This document shows, in pieces, positions 39,290-51,944 of a stretch of 64,000 nucleotides of DNA (within the stretch, counting starts at the first letter, position 1; every line of letters starts with the position of its first letter). Where the stretch lies: assembly GCF_963921235.1 (NCBI RefSeq), contig NC_086119.1, positions 42,098,001-42,162,000 on the forward strand. The letters are read 5' to 3'. This DNA is from Mobula hypostoma. Its lineage: Eukaryota. The notes beneath the pieces are model-generated. The model saw only the letters and a program-made list of their open reading frames with translations. It was not told the DNA's origin and did not search any database. Position numbers and translations under genes: made by a program.

Positions 39290-39705
39290 CAGGAACAACA
39301 CCTTGTATTCTGTCTGGGTAGCTTCCAACCTGATGGCATGAATATTAATTTCTCGAACTTCTGGTAGTACCCCTTCACCATTCGCCATCATCTTTTCCCT
39401 CCCTCTGATGCTCCTCCTCCTGTTCTTTCTTCCATGGCCTTCTGTCCTCTCCTGTTAGGTTACCCCTTCTCCAGCCCTGTATCTCTTTCACCAATCAACT
39501 TCCCAGCTCTTCACTTTACCCCTCCTCCCCCTGTTTCACCTATCGGCCTGTGTTTCTCCGTTCCCTCCCCCCACCTTCTAACTCTGACTCCTCATCTTTT
39601 TTTTCCTCCAGTCCTGCTGAAGGGTCTTGGCCCAAAATGTTGACTGTACTGTATCCATAGATGCTGCCCGGCGTGCTGAGTTCCTCGAGCATTTTGTGTG
39701 TGTTG
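39290..39705 (+). mobile_element. Penelope 3' fragment
   Basis: Reverse complement of the 15205-15670 region. Confidence 0.8.
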
Positions 39706-40054
39706 CATATCATTATTCAGTTCATTTGTACAGCAGTTTTATTGTGTTTTTTTCTAATATCTATGAGAAAATAGCTGTGTATAAATGTCACACTGAACTG
39801 CAATTTTGTAGTTTTCAATTTAACCCTACATCCGTCTTCATGGGATAGTATGCATTTTGTACACAAGTAGCGACAGTAGGAATAGATATAACATCATTTT
39901 GAAAGGAAATTCTGTGTTGATAACATAATTAAAGAATATACAAATACTATGCAGTAGTGTAATTAAATTTGCTTTGTAATAATTTCAGGAAATACTGTCA
40001 GATAAATCATAACCTGGAATCTCTACACTAATACAAGGCTTGAGCAAAACAATT

Positions 40055-40660
40055 AGAATCAGGTTTAATATCACTGTCATGAAATGTATTGTTTTGCAGC
40101 AATACATAATTAAAATTATAAATTAAGAAAATATATATTTTGTATGTGGTGCAAAAAGAGCAAATAAAGTAGTGAGCTCATGTTCGTGGGTTCATTGTCA
40201 ATTCAGAAACCTAATGGCAGTGTAGAAGAAGTGACCCTGTCAATACCAGATGGCGATGCAACTGTTAGATTTCTGTCCACAGTACATCTTTTATTTAAAA
40301 AGAAATTTAATTGCTGGAATCTTTGGTAACATACCAAATCTTCTCAAACTCCTATTGAAATAAACCACTGTTGTGTCTTCCTTGTAATTGCATCAATATG
40401 TTGAGACCAACTTACAGCTTGAGAGATGTTGACATTTAGGAACTTGAAATTGCTCACCCTTTCCACTGCTGATCCCTCAACTTCCCCTTCCAGAAGTCCA
40501 CATTAAATTCCTTGTTCTTATTGACATTGAGTGCAAGGTTGCTGTAACACCACTTAACCAGCTGATGCATCTCACTACTGTATGACCATTCGTCATCATC
40601 AAAAATTCTGCCAACAATAGTCAGGTCATTGGCAGATTTGTAGATGGCAGTTACAGCTTA
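40055..40660 (-). mobile_element. Rex1/Babar 3' fragment
   Basis: Similar to 48445-49650. Confidence 0.7.
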
Positions 40661-40789
40661 ATGTGTGGAGTAGGCTCTTGCTCCATTCCACAGCTTACTA
40701 AAGCTTCTTGGGGAAGTGAACGTAGAAAGCAGTGCATGAGGAAGCAGAAGTGCAATGAGTATGTCGGTATTTGAACAATACCTAAAGTG

Positions 40790-42050
40790 ATCCCTGTAGT
40801 CCCAATGATTCTACTTGCTGACGTTCAATCCAATCTCTAGAAGATGAGATGCATTACCTATGCCTGCATTTGAACCAGCGAGAGATGGATATCAATTCAG
40901 ACTCGGCCATCCAGCTAGAAACCTTGATCTCCTTTCGGGCAGATGGAAACGCTTTGATCTCTGGCAAGTCCTGTGAAGGATGTCGGTGCGTCTACATCAA
41001 TAAGAACTAGTATGTGAACACCTCAGTAGTATTGGCCTACTGTTCACTGCTTACCGAGGGAGTTCAATGCCATTGTGATTGTTGCTATTTGATAATTGCA
41101 TTCTGTGTGTGATTTGACGGAATGAATGATGTGACAACGAGGTATCCTGTCTGGCTGCAGCCATGGTGAGGAGTATCCCAGCCAGAGTAAACCCACATTA
41201 AGCTGTGGGGCTGCACAAAAGACCTGGCCAGGTGCTGAGAGATTATACAGCCCAGATAAGGCCTTAATGGACATCTTTTATATCTATTTGAAACAGTCCA
41301 CTGTCCCTGCAGGCTTCAAGGCAGCCATCATCATTGTGAAGCAAAGTGAACAATGGTAACTGGCCTAAATGTTTACTGCCTAGTGACACTGACTTAAACA
41401 ATCATGAAGTACTTTGAGCAGTTAGTAATGGATTGTATGAAATCCCACTGTCCAGCTACATTGGACTCTTTCCAGTTCACCTACTGCTCAAACCAGTGTA
41501 CTGGTGATGCCTGAGCCTTGGCCCTCCACTTCATCCTGTCCCAATGAGAAAACAATTCCTCGTATGCCAGGATGTTGTTCATGGATTTCAATCTGGAATG
41601 TAACATGATTATCCCTCAGACACAACATCCCTCTCTGTGAAAGGATCTTGGACTTGTTGATGAAAAGATCCCAGTCAGTCCAAGTTGGCAGCAACAGCTC
41701 AAGTTCCATCACGCTGAGCACTGGTGCCTCCAGAGCTGTACGCAGCCCACTGCTGTTGAAGATGCTGACTTGCAACTGCATTGCCAGATCCAGCTTAAAC
41801 TGCATCAGCAGGTTCGCTGATGATACAATAGTGGTTGGCCTCATCAGCCGCAATGATGAGTCGGCATACCGAGAGGAGGTAGAGAGGCTTAACAAATAGT
41901 ATAAGAACAGCAATGTGAGTCGCAATGTGGATAAAGTAAGAGGTAATTCTGCACTTAAGGAAAGCACAGGTTGACCACAGTCCATTGCACTTCGATGGTT
42001 TTGCCATGGATGATCTAACTTAGACCCACAAAATGAATCCATACTAAAAG
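40790..42050 (+). mobile_element. Degenerate Rex1/Babar LINE
   Basis: STGA..SPLL, RFADDTIVVGLISRNDESAYREEV. Confidence 0.8.
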
Positions 42051-42223
42051 CATTATATAACAGAGTTGCTGTTAGTTTCACTGATATATTTGGCTCAATT
42101 GTTCTTCATTCTATTTCATATTAATTGTATAATTTTATGATGAGGGTGTATATAAAAAATATGCAGTTTCTTTTGTATAATTTTACTACAAGCTTACTGA
42201 TAACGTATTAGTAAATTTTACTG

Positions 42224-42545
42224 TGGGCACGTGGCCAAGTGGTTAAGGCATTGGACTAGCTACCTTAAGGTTGTGAGTTTGAGCCCCAGCCAAGGCAACG
42301 TGTTGTTCCCTTGAGCAGGGCACTTAACCACACATTGCTCTGCGACGACACTGGTGCCTAGCTGTATGGGTCCTAATACCCTTCCCTTGGACAACATTGG
42401 TGTAGTGGAGAGGGGAGACTTGCAGCATGGGCAACTGCTGGTCTTCCATACAACCTTGCTGAGGCCTGCGCCCTGGAGAGTGAAGACTTTCCAGGTACAG
42501 GTCCATGGTCTCGCAAGACTAACGGATGCCTTTAATTTAAATTTT
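42224..42545 (+). mobile_element. tRNA-derived SINE
   Basis: A box TGGCCAAGTGG, B-box-like GAGTTTGAGCC, body cccttgagcagggcacttaacc, tail gactaacggatgcc(tttaa)n. Confidence 0.8.
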
Positions 42546-43201
42546 AACGTTAGTATAGATATTTGGCTTAAATTAAGTGTAATAGTAAATGTCCAAGCAT
42601 TAACATTAGTTTAAACTCAGCATGTGGCAGCATTTTATATGTTGAAATTTACTCTTTTTATTGAAGATTATCAAGATTCTACTAGCTATATATGTACAAT
42701 AAGAAGTTTTATCAGTGGACATCTTAGTGTTTATTGAATGAAATGTGATGTCCAGGGATGAAAGCCCAAAATGTGTTATACTTGTAAAACTATCAAATCT
42801 TATTACAGGTGACCCCCACATTATGGCTGCTCAGGTGACAGAAATTTACCTTTAGAGTTCATAAGTTTCTATGGAGAAAAATATGCAATACAGAATGAAA
42901 GGATTTTCACTGAATTAATATTTAGCAAGGGATGAGGGAAAAAGCATACAAATACATTTTTTCACCTCTTCTTAACTCATTATGTGGCTATTGGGAATTC
43001 TTCCACCTCTTTTTCCCCTCTCTCCCCCCCCCCCCCCACACCCTGGCTAAATTGGGAATCAGGAGTATTATAATCTTGGCGTTTGTGGTAATTTACTCAT
43101 GAAAGCAATTAAATAATAATCATTCTCCATCAAATATGAACAAAAGTTCTAGCAAGATGATATGTAATTTGAGCTGTTTAGCTGTTCTAAGGCTAAACAT
43201 A

Positions 43202-44593
43202 TGTAGCCCCCGGTAAGCCTCAGGCTCGATCAACTCGCTTTCATCTAGGGGGAGCAGCCTTCGGCCCCGCCAAACTGGGTAATCAAGTTTGTGTGGATGC
43301 TGTGTGATGTACCCCACCCTGCCAAATAACAGACAATACACCATGTGTGGGAGGAGAAGATGGTGGCACAACGCAGCTTGCAGCGGCCACTCCGGTGGTG
43401 ATGTCTGTTATTTGTTAAGTTGGGTGCCGTGCACAATCCTGATTTGATGGAGACAGACGTGAGAGCATGGAAGAACATCTGGTGAAACTTCTGAAATGCC
43501 TGCTTCGCTGCTGCTGCTGCTACTACTGTGTGGTCCAGAATCTCCAGAAGAGAAGGCCCCGAGTCTTTGGCTTTGCTTGTGCTCGGCGGCCGGGGCGGGG
43601 TCGAAGCGCTTGGCAGAGGATGGTGCTTGGAGAGGCTGTGTTGGAGGGGCTGGTCAGAGGCTCGAAGTTTTCGGACGGACTTAGAGTCTGCTGCGGTCGG
43701 GTGTTTCCAATGGTGCTGCCTCAGCAAGTTGGCGGCTCTTGGAGGTTCATGGCAGGGAGAGTTCCTCCCTTCTGCCGCCTGCATGAGATGATGAGTCTGT
43801 CGGGACTTCGAGACTTTTTTTTACTGTGCCCATGGTCTGCTTTTTATCAAATTATGGTATCGCATTGCACTGTTGTAACTATATGTTATAATTATGTGGT
43901 TTTGTCAGTTTTAGTCTTGGTTTGTCCTGTGTTTTCTTGTGATATCATTCTGGAGGAATGTTGTATCATTTTTTATGCATGCATTTCTAAATGACAATAA
44001 ACAAGGACTGAGTGTCCTCATAATCGAAAAATAAATGCGATTAAATGATTACACTTTATAGATCTTACTGGAACTATGTAATTAAGAGATAAAATATGAA
44101 AGGAAAATAAAAGGCGCCAAACTTATCAAAGTTCAACCACTTTGTGCACAACAATTGGAGCTCAATTAACAGAATCTTCTTTCCACAATCGATCCCTTCA
44201 GACCCCCTTGACACGCCGCCTGGGACCAACCACAGTGGTTGACCAGACGCTCCACACGAGTCTGTCTTCATTTTCTCTCCTTGCTGAAGACCCTAGGCCT
44301 CGCACTTCCGCTCGGGGTCCGTCCCACTGCCCAGTTTACAGTATTGCGTCTCTTCTCTCTGCCTCCATCCGCCTTCTGCCCCCAACGCCCATGAAAAACA
44401 ATAGCTTACAGACACACAAGAAAGAATAACTTCTATCCCAATTGGTTCATTCCATCTCCTATTATAACCCAAACAAGCAGAGAGAGCTCCTTACATCGCA
44501 GTTATTATTACAGAAAAGCCATTTTAATTATAACATAACAAAGAAGCCATTTTGTTTGCCTTTGCAGAAACATAAAAGAAGAAACCCCTTACA
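43202..44593 (-). mobile_element. Solo LTR (Gypsy-like) with a nested insertion
   Basis: TGTA...TACA termini, near-TSD cata/catt. Confidence 0.7.
43348..44035 (+). mobile_element. Non-autonomous retroposon nested in the LTR
   Basis: GC-rich head starting gaagatggtggc (LINE-like YY1 start), AT-rich tail aatgacaataaa...taatc similar to Rex/Babar 3' ends. Confidence 0.55.
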
Positions 44594-45924
44594 CATTCTA
44601 TAAAATTTATATCTACAAGATTATTTTTCCCACATAACTAATAACATTTAGAAGCGTGCAAAAAAGATTAAAAGCTCTCAATTTTGACAACTGAAAAATA
44701 TTTGGGGATCAAGGCTTTATAGCATTTCTTTGAGGATTGTTGATAAATCTAGTCTTTAACTCTGATGTAGAGCCTGCTTTGGTGATCAACTCCCCCAGCA
44801 GATCTGCTCCAAGTAGAAGGTGTAATAGAGATGTAACAAGTGTGGACTGCATGCCACTTGAAAATTCCAGATCAATTTAAACACATTGGGACACCCATAA
44901 GTGCCAAGTATTTTCTGACTTGAATTTGCTTTCAAGCTTATTAACTTTTTGCTCAAAATGATCCCAAGATGCAGTGGTGGTGCCACTGAATATCAGGGAC
45001 TTTTTATATGTTTGTCTTTTGGAGGTGTAGAACTCTAATATGATCAGTAGAAAACATCACTATGCTTGATATGATATTTGCATTATTACTAATGAGGCAG
45101 CTTAAAAATATTTACTGTTAAAATAGTTCCTTGAGAAACTCTCTACAGAGTCCTAGCACTGAAACAACTGGCCTCCAACAATTGCCAGTAAATTGCAGAA
45201 ACAAAATATTCTGAATGCTGGAAATCTTAGATGTCGGGGAGGGTAGAGAGAAAGGGGGGGGCTGGTTGGCAAATTTCTGTTTTTATATATATATATATAT
45301 TTTAAAAAGCAGGCGAGATAGCATTGATGGAGAAGAAAAAATGATTAACATTTTGGGTTAATTTATATTTTGCTATGGGAATGCTTCTCGTCAGAATGGG
45401 CAGTTTCTTATTTCCATTTTACTTTAACTTTATTTGTTCTAGGTCTTAGACTTCAAGTTTAGTTGTTGCCCCAAGTTCAATCAAACATCTGGAATTTGGA
45501 TCCTGTGTCCATGTTTGAAGTGGTTTGATGCTCAGGTTTTCCTCTAGATTCAGTGTATGGCTTATTGGTGTAATGGAGCCTCTAGATATCACTTGCATTG
45601 GCATCTCGCGTTGCTTTGCTAGCAGTTGAGGGTACATTGTGAGAGACTGATACAGGAATTCTTGTCCTTTCAAACAATCCAGATTTTTGTCGAGGGGTTA
45701 GTGGTAATTTTTCAATACCTTTTAAGATGCCCATTCAAGCGTTTTTAAGGCCTAGGAAGCATGTAGGACTGCAAATTTCCCAACTTCTGAAATCAGAAGA
45801 GGAGGGGGAAATGGTTTGCGATATTGGAAACAGTAGTTAAATTGTTTAATTTAAATATTATTTTAATTAAAATTAGTTAACTTTGTTTAATATAAAATCA
45901 TTGTCATGCATTATTACTTTTGTA

Positions 45925-46752
45925 CTTGACACTTCATTGTGGCCAAACAATTGATACTAGAGCGTACAATCATCACAGCGATATTTGATTCTGCTCTTTG
46001 TGCTCCTTGGAATACAAATCGGTAGTAAATATTAAAAATTTAAATTATAAATCATAAATAGAAAATAGAAAAGGGAAAGTAAGGTAGTGCAAAAGAACCG
46101 AGAGCCAGGTCCGGATATTTGGAGGGTACGGCCTAGATCCGGGTCAGGATCCGTTCAGCAGTCTTATCACAGTTGGAAAGAAGCTGTTCCCAAATCTGAT
46201 CATACGAGTCTTCAAGCTCCTGAGCCTTCTCCGGAGGGAAGAGGAACAAAAAGTGTGTTGACTGGGTGGGTCGTGTCCTTGATTATCCTGGCAGCACTGC
46301 TCCGACAGCGTGCAGTGTAAAGTGAGTCCAAGGACGGAAGATTGGTTTGTGTGATGTGTTCACGATCTTCTGCAGCTTCTTCCAGCCTTGGACAGGACAA
46401 CTTCCATACCAGGTTGTGATGCACCCCAGAAGAATGCTTTCTACGGTGCATCTATAAAAATTAGTGAGGGTTTTAGGGGACAGGCCAAATTTCCTTAGCT
46501 TCCTCAAGAAGTAAAAGCACTGGTGGGCCTTCTTGACGGTGGACTCTGCTTGGTTGGACCAAGTCAGATCATTTGTGATATTGACCCCGAGGAACTTAAA
46601 GCTTTTGACCTGTTCCACTTGCGCGCCACCGATGTAAGTGGGGTCGTGCGGTCCGCTACTCCTTCTGAAGTCAACAACCAATTCCTTCGTCTTGCTGACA
46701 TTGAGGGATAGGTTAGTGTCTTCGCACCTTGCCACCAGGTTCTTAATTTCTT
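45925..46752 (-). mobile_element. Young 5'-truncated Rex1/Babar
   Basis: NLSLNVSKTKELVVDFR, FKFLGVNI, NFYRCTVESIL. Confidence 0.88.
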
Positions 46753-46784
46753 CTATTATTTGTTGTGATCTACATAAACATTTG

Positions 46785-47365
46785 AGGATCAAAGGGATCT
46801 CTTCTGGGGAGGGTATGACCTGCACAAGGATAGGTTACACCTGAACCCGAGGAGCATCAATATCCTGCAGACAGGATCGCTACAGCTTTTAGGGTTTAAA
46901 CTAATTTGGCAAGGTGAGGGGAACTGCAGTGATAAGGTTGAGGATGGGGCATTTGGTACAGAAGTAGATGCATTGTGTAGTGAGACTGGAAGGTTGGGCA
47001 GATGATGGGGCAGTATTGAAAGCTTGAGACTGAGTGGTGTGGAGAGGATGTTTCAGAAAGTGGGGGAGTCTTGGACCTACAACATAGCTTTACAATTGAG
47101 AGATATCTAGAACAGAGATGAGAAGAAATTTCTTTAGCCAATGAATGGTGGATCTGTGGAATTCATTGCCACTGATGACACCAAGCATTTGAGTATATTT
47201 AAAGCAGAATTTGATAGATTCTTGGTTAGTCAGGGCGTCAAAGGTTATGAAGAGAAGTGGGAGTGTTGAGTTGAGAGGGATAATAAATTAGCTATGATGG
47301 AATGCCAGTGCACACGATGGGCTGGCTGAGTGGCCTAATTCTGCTCCTTTTCTTTAGTGGTCTTA
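46785..47365 (+). mobile_element. CR1 ORF1 esterase end joined to ORF2 3' end
   Basis: DRLHLNPRS motif, then RRNFF..WNSL and CR1 tail. Confidence 0.65.
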
Positions 47366-47399
47366 TAACAAATATCTTTAGCCTCATGAGAAAGTAGGG

Positions 47400-49650
47400 C
47401 TGTTGTCAAGTTTTCTTGGGGTTGAGCTTGTCTGGGAGGTTGGAGTTAATGTTTCTCAAACCATTTCATCAAGGTGAATATCACATGCATTGGGCAGTAG
47501 TCATTAAAGCATGTTACCTTTTATTTTTGGGCATCGGGATAATGGTGGTCTTGCAGCAGGTGTGGATATCAGATTGAAGCAAGGAGAGGTTTAAAAAATA
47601 TGTGAAAATACCCTTACCTGCTGATCTGTGCAGCATCTAAGGGCATAGCCAAGGATGCCATCCAGGTCAGATGCTTTCTGCGGATTCTCTCTCTGGAAGA
47701 CTGATCTTAGGTCAGCAATGGTGACTGAGTTCAGGTGCATTGGAGGCTATTGAAGTGGGTGGTGGTATTCTAATCCTTCTGTTCAAAACATGCAAAGAAT
47801 ACATTAAGCTAATTGGGAAGGGATGTACTGTTGTCAATGATGCTGCCTGATTTTGTTTTTAGCCTGTTATTGCATGCAAGCCTGACCAGAACTGAAGGTG
47901 GGTCTGGAGGTCTATTTTAGTTTACTATTTCTTGGTATCCTTGATAGCTTTACAGATGTATCTTGATTTATTATATGACACCAATTGATATGAATGCCAT
48001 AATTCTAGACTTTAGTAGTTTTCCATTTTAGAAACACCAAACTGTCCTCATTGGTAAACAGTCCTCAGTATACTTGGTGATAAAGTCTGTAGTAGTAGTG
48101 ACATACTCATTTAGCCTTCTGCTAAGTCTTTGAACGTGGGCCAGTCTGACTCAAAACAATCACAGAGAAACTAGTCTATTTCCTCTGACCAGCACTTTGC
48201 AACTTTTGCATTGGATCCTCATGTTTCAGCTTCTGCTTGTATGCAGGATGAAGGAGCACAGATTTACCAACATGTGCATGGGAGGTGGCTCAGTGGGTGT
48301 CCTTGATAAAGGTTTAACAATGGTCAAGGGTATTTGAAAATGAGGCTCTTTGACTGGCAATTTCTATGGTCTTCTTCAGTCTTTTGACATACATTGGTAA
48401 TGCATTGGTGCTTGAATGGATATTGTGGCATGAGATGTACATCATTAATCAGGTTTAATATCACTGGCATAAGTCGTGAAATTTGTTTATTTTGCGGCAG
48501 CAGTATGTTGCCATACATATAAGAAACTATACATTAGAATAGGTATATCTATAAAAATTAAGTAAGTAGTGCAAAAAGAGAAAAACAATAGTGAGATAGT
48601 GTTCATGAATTCATTGTTCATTCAGAAATCTGATGGCTGAGCGGATGAAACTGTTCCTGAAACATTCAGTGTCTCTCTCTTCAGGCTCATATACTTCCTC
48701 CTCCATAGTAGCAATGAGAAGACATGTTGTGGGTTTTGGGGGGGGTCCTTGATGGATGTTGCCTTTTTGAAACATTGCCTTTTGAAGGTGTCCTCTGCTG
48801 AGGAGGCAAGTGCACATGATAAGCTGGTTGAATTTACAACTTTTTGCAGCTTTTTCCGATCTTGTGCAGTGGCACTTCCATACCAGACAGTGATGCAATC
48901 AGCTAGAATAATCTCCATAGTACATCTGTAGAAGTTTGAGTGTCTAATATCAAGTCTCCTTAAACTCTTAATGAAATGTAGCTGCTGTTGTGCCACCTTT
49001 GTAATTGCATTAATATTTTGGATCCAGGATGGATCTTCAGAGATGTTGACACCCAGGAATTTGAAATTGCTCATCTTTTCCACTGCTGATTCCTCAACGA
49101 GGACAGATGTATATTCCCTCAACTTCCCCTTCCTGAGTCTACAATCAATTTCTTGGTCTACTGCCGTTGGGTACAAGGTTGTGACACCGCTGAGTCAGCT
49201 GATCTATCTCGCTCATGTATGCCGCCTTGTCACCGTCTGAAATTCTGCCAACACTAGTTGTGTCTACATAGTTGTGGGTGTAGAGAGGGTAGAGCGGGGG
49301 GTTAAGCATGCATTGTTCAGGTGCACCAGTGATGATAGTCAGCGAGGAGGAGATGTTTCTGATCCACACAGACTGGGTCTTCCAGTGAGACAGTCAAGAA
49401 TTCAGTTGCGGAGGGAGATAGAGGCCTAGGCTTTGGAGCTTTTTGATTAGAACAGAGAGTATAATTGTGTTGCATGCTGAGCTATAATCAATAAAGAGCA
49501 GCTTGACATAGGTATTACCATTGTTGAGATGATCCAAGGCCAACTGGACAGCCAATGAAATTGGACCTGCTGTAGACCTATTGTGGCAATAGGCAAATTG
49601 CAGCAAGTCCAGATCCTTGCTAAGGCAGGAATTAGTTAGCTCTGACTCAA
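47400..49650 (-). mobile_element. Two Rex1/Babar fragments (~47400-48330 older; 48445-49650)
   Basis: LQFAY..NRST, LLFIDYSSA, NFKFLGVNIS. Confidence 0.75.
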
Positions 49651-49959
49651 AGCACTGGAGTGTTACTTCTGTAAATCTTGGTACATGAGTGAACTACTAA
49701 CTACCTGAACATACTGGGCTACTGTTCAAAGTTGTCTTTAAGTCGATTCACAAGTACTTTTTATTTAAAAAAAATTGTCATGGGTCTTCAGGCCATTTAA
49801 ACTGCACTACCAGTCATGACCCCAGTAATATCATTCCGTCATATGTAATAATAATCACCACACCCTGATCAAATTTAACTGCTAATTTTGCTATGTTCTG
49901 TGACCTGGACTTGCTGCTTGTATGGAGGGAATGGACGAATCGCTTTTGAATCCTTTATT

Positions 49960-50130
49960 GGTGGAGTTGAGTTGTTCTCCATTCTTTGCAATCCATTTGC
50001 AAACATTTCTTCACCATAGGAGGAGACATCATCAGTGCACTGTTTACTTGCGAACAGCGCACTGATATCTCCCGTGATGACAAACTGTTTGCAAACGGGT
50101 TGTCAAGATTGGAGAGCAACTTCATCCACC
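49960..50130. repeat. Imperfect 171-bp hairpin (MITE-like)
   Basis: Arms ggtggagttgagttgttctcc...atcagtgcactgtt / aacagcgcactgat...ggagagcaacttcatccacc. Confidence 0.75.
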
Positions 50131-50659
50131 TGAACTACACATATTCGGAATTATTTCCAAATCCTTTATTTTTAAACTTCATGAAGAGCTTTGCAATGAT
50201 GAATCTTTACAAAATGCACTTTATTGACCAATAGGATGCAGCATATTTGATGCACCTTTCCAGGAGCCAAAGAATTACTAGACCTTAATTTCAATTAATT
50301 CTTCCCAATACCTTTAATCTTGACTTCCTTCCATCACTCCTCCCTAGTCACCATTGGTCTGTATTGCCAAGCCATTACGCATCAATTGTCATCAATTAAT
50401 AGAAAGATTGGAGTTCTTGTTCTTAGTGACGCTAAGGCTGAAAGTATAACTGAGCTCTTGCTGGACAGTCAATCAAGCACTCAGGAGCTAATAGTCGAAA
50501 TAGAACAGCTGGAAGATGTGCTGCAGTGCTCAATAGATGCTTTGTAAATTCTTTGTAGCCTCGTATACTGTACATAGAATTATCTTGTGTTAATGAGAAA
50601 TATACATCTGCTGGGCAGTTTGGCCAGTCAATTAAAGCCATATAATAGATGCTAAGATG

Positions 50660-51820
50660 CCCTCAAATCTAATTCATAAGCTTCAAGTCTTAGGTTTCAG
50701 TACTTCCTTGTGCAACTGGATCCTCAATTTCCTCACTTGCAGGCCCCAGTCAGTTATGATTGACAGCAATTCCTCCAGAATCTTCCCTCAGCCCAGGTGC
50801 ACCACAAGGTTGTATGCTTAGCTCCCTGCTCTACTCACTTTACATTTGACTGTGGCTAAGCACAGCACCAATGCCATATTCAAGTAGCCGATGACACCAC
50901 TGTCGTAGGCCAAGTAAAGGTGGTGGTAAATCAGTATATAGAAGGGAGATTAGAAATCTGGCTGAGTAGTGCCACAACCTCTCAATGTTAGCAAGACCAA
51001 GGAGCTGATTATTGATTTATACAGGAATGTGCCAGAGGTCCACGAGCTTGTCCTCATCAGGGAATCAGATGAAAAGGTCAGAAACTTTAAAATTTTCATA
51101 TTATTTCAGAGCTTCTGTCCTGGTTCTAGCACGCAAGAGCCATTATGAGAAAAGCATGGCAGCGCATCTATTTTAATACAAGTTTGCAAAGATTCAGCAT
51201 TTCATGTAAAACCTTGACAAGCTTTTATTGCTGTGTGGTGGAGAATATATTGACTGGTTGCCTTATATGGAAGCACCAATAATTTGTATAGAAAAGCCAG
51301 CAGAAAGTAGTGGATATGGCTTAGTCTATTGTGGTTAGAGCCTTATCCACCATGGAGCATATCTATGTGGAATGCTGTGGCAGGAAAGCAGCTTCCATCA
51401 CCAAGGACCCCCACTATCCAGGTTGTGCTCTCTTCTCACTGCTATCATCAGGAAGAAGGTACAATGGCCTCAGCACCCCCCCCCCCCCACAGGGATGGGA
51501 ACAGTTAATGCCCCTCAAGCAGAGGGAAGTCCAGAGGCTCTTGAACCAGAGGGAATAACTTCATTGAACTTCATTTGCCCCATCACTGAACTTCCTATAA
51601 CCTATGGACTCGCATTTAAGGATTCTTCATCTCATATTCTTGATATTTATTGCTTATTTATGTATTATAATTTTTTTTTATATTTGCAGTTTTCTTTTCA
51701 CATTGTTCATCCTTGTGGGTACAGTATTTCATCGATTCTATTGGTGGGTTGCTTGCAAGAAAATGAACCTCGGGGTAGTATATGACTTGTATGTACTTAG
51801 ATAATAAATTTACTTTGAAC
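50660..51820 (+). mobile_element. Rex1/Babar 3' portion
   Basis: [25 protein letters not shown]; tail gataataaatttactttgaac. Confidence 0.8.
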
Positions 51821-51944
51821 ATTGAAGAACCCTTTGAAGCTAATATTGCCTGTGAAATGATTGTACAGGAAATTTGGAAACTGTAGGGCAGGATATTAAA
51901 TTTTTTTCAGTTATATTATGAGTAAAATTTGGGTTAGAATTGAT

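Noticed and set aside
42224-42300. tRNA gene
   Set aside because: Degenerate B box, no convincing cloverleaf, and it continues into a SINE body
43245-43994. 175-179 aa ORFs on both strands
   Set aside because: They arise from GC-rich repeat sequence and show no protein motifs
50320-50547. 75-aa ORF as a host exon
   Set aside because: No convincing splice sites or recognisable domain
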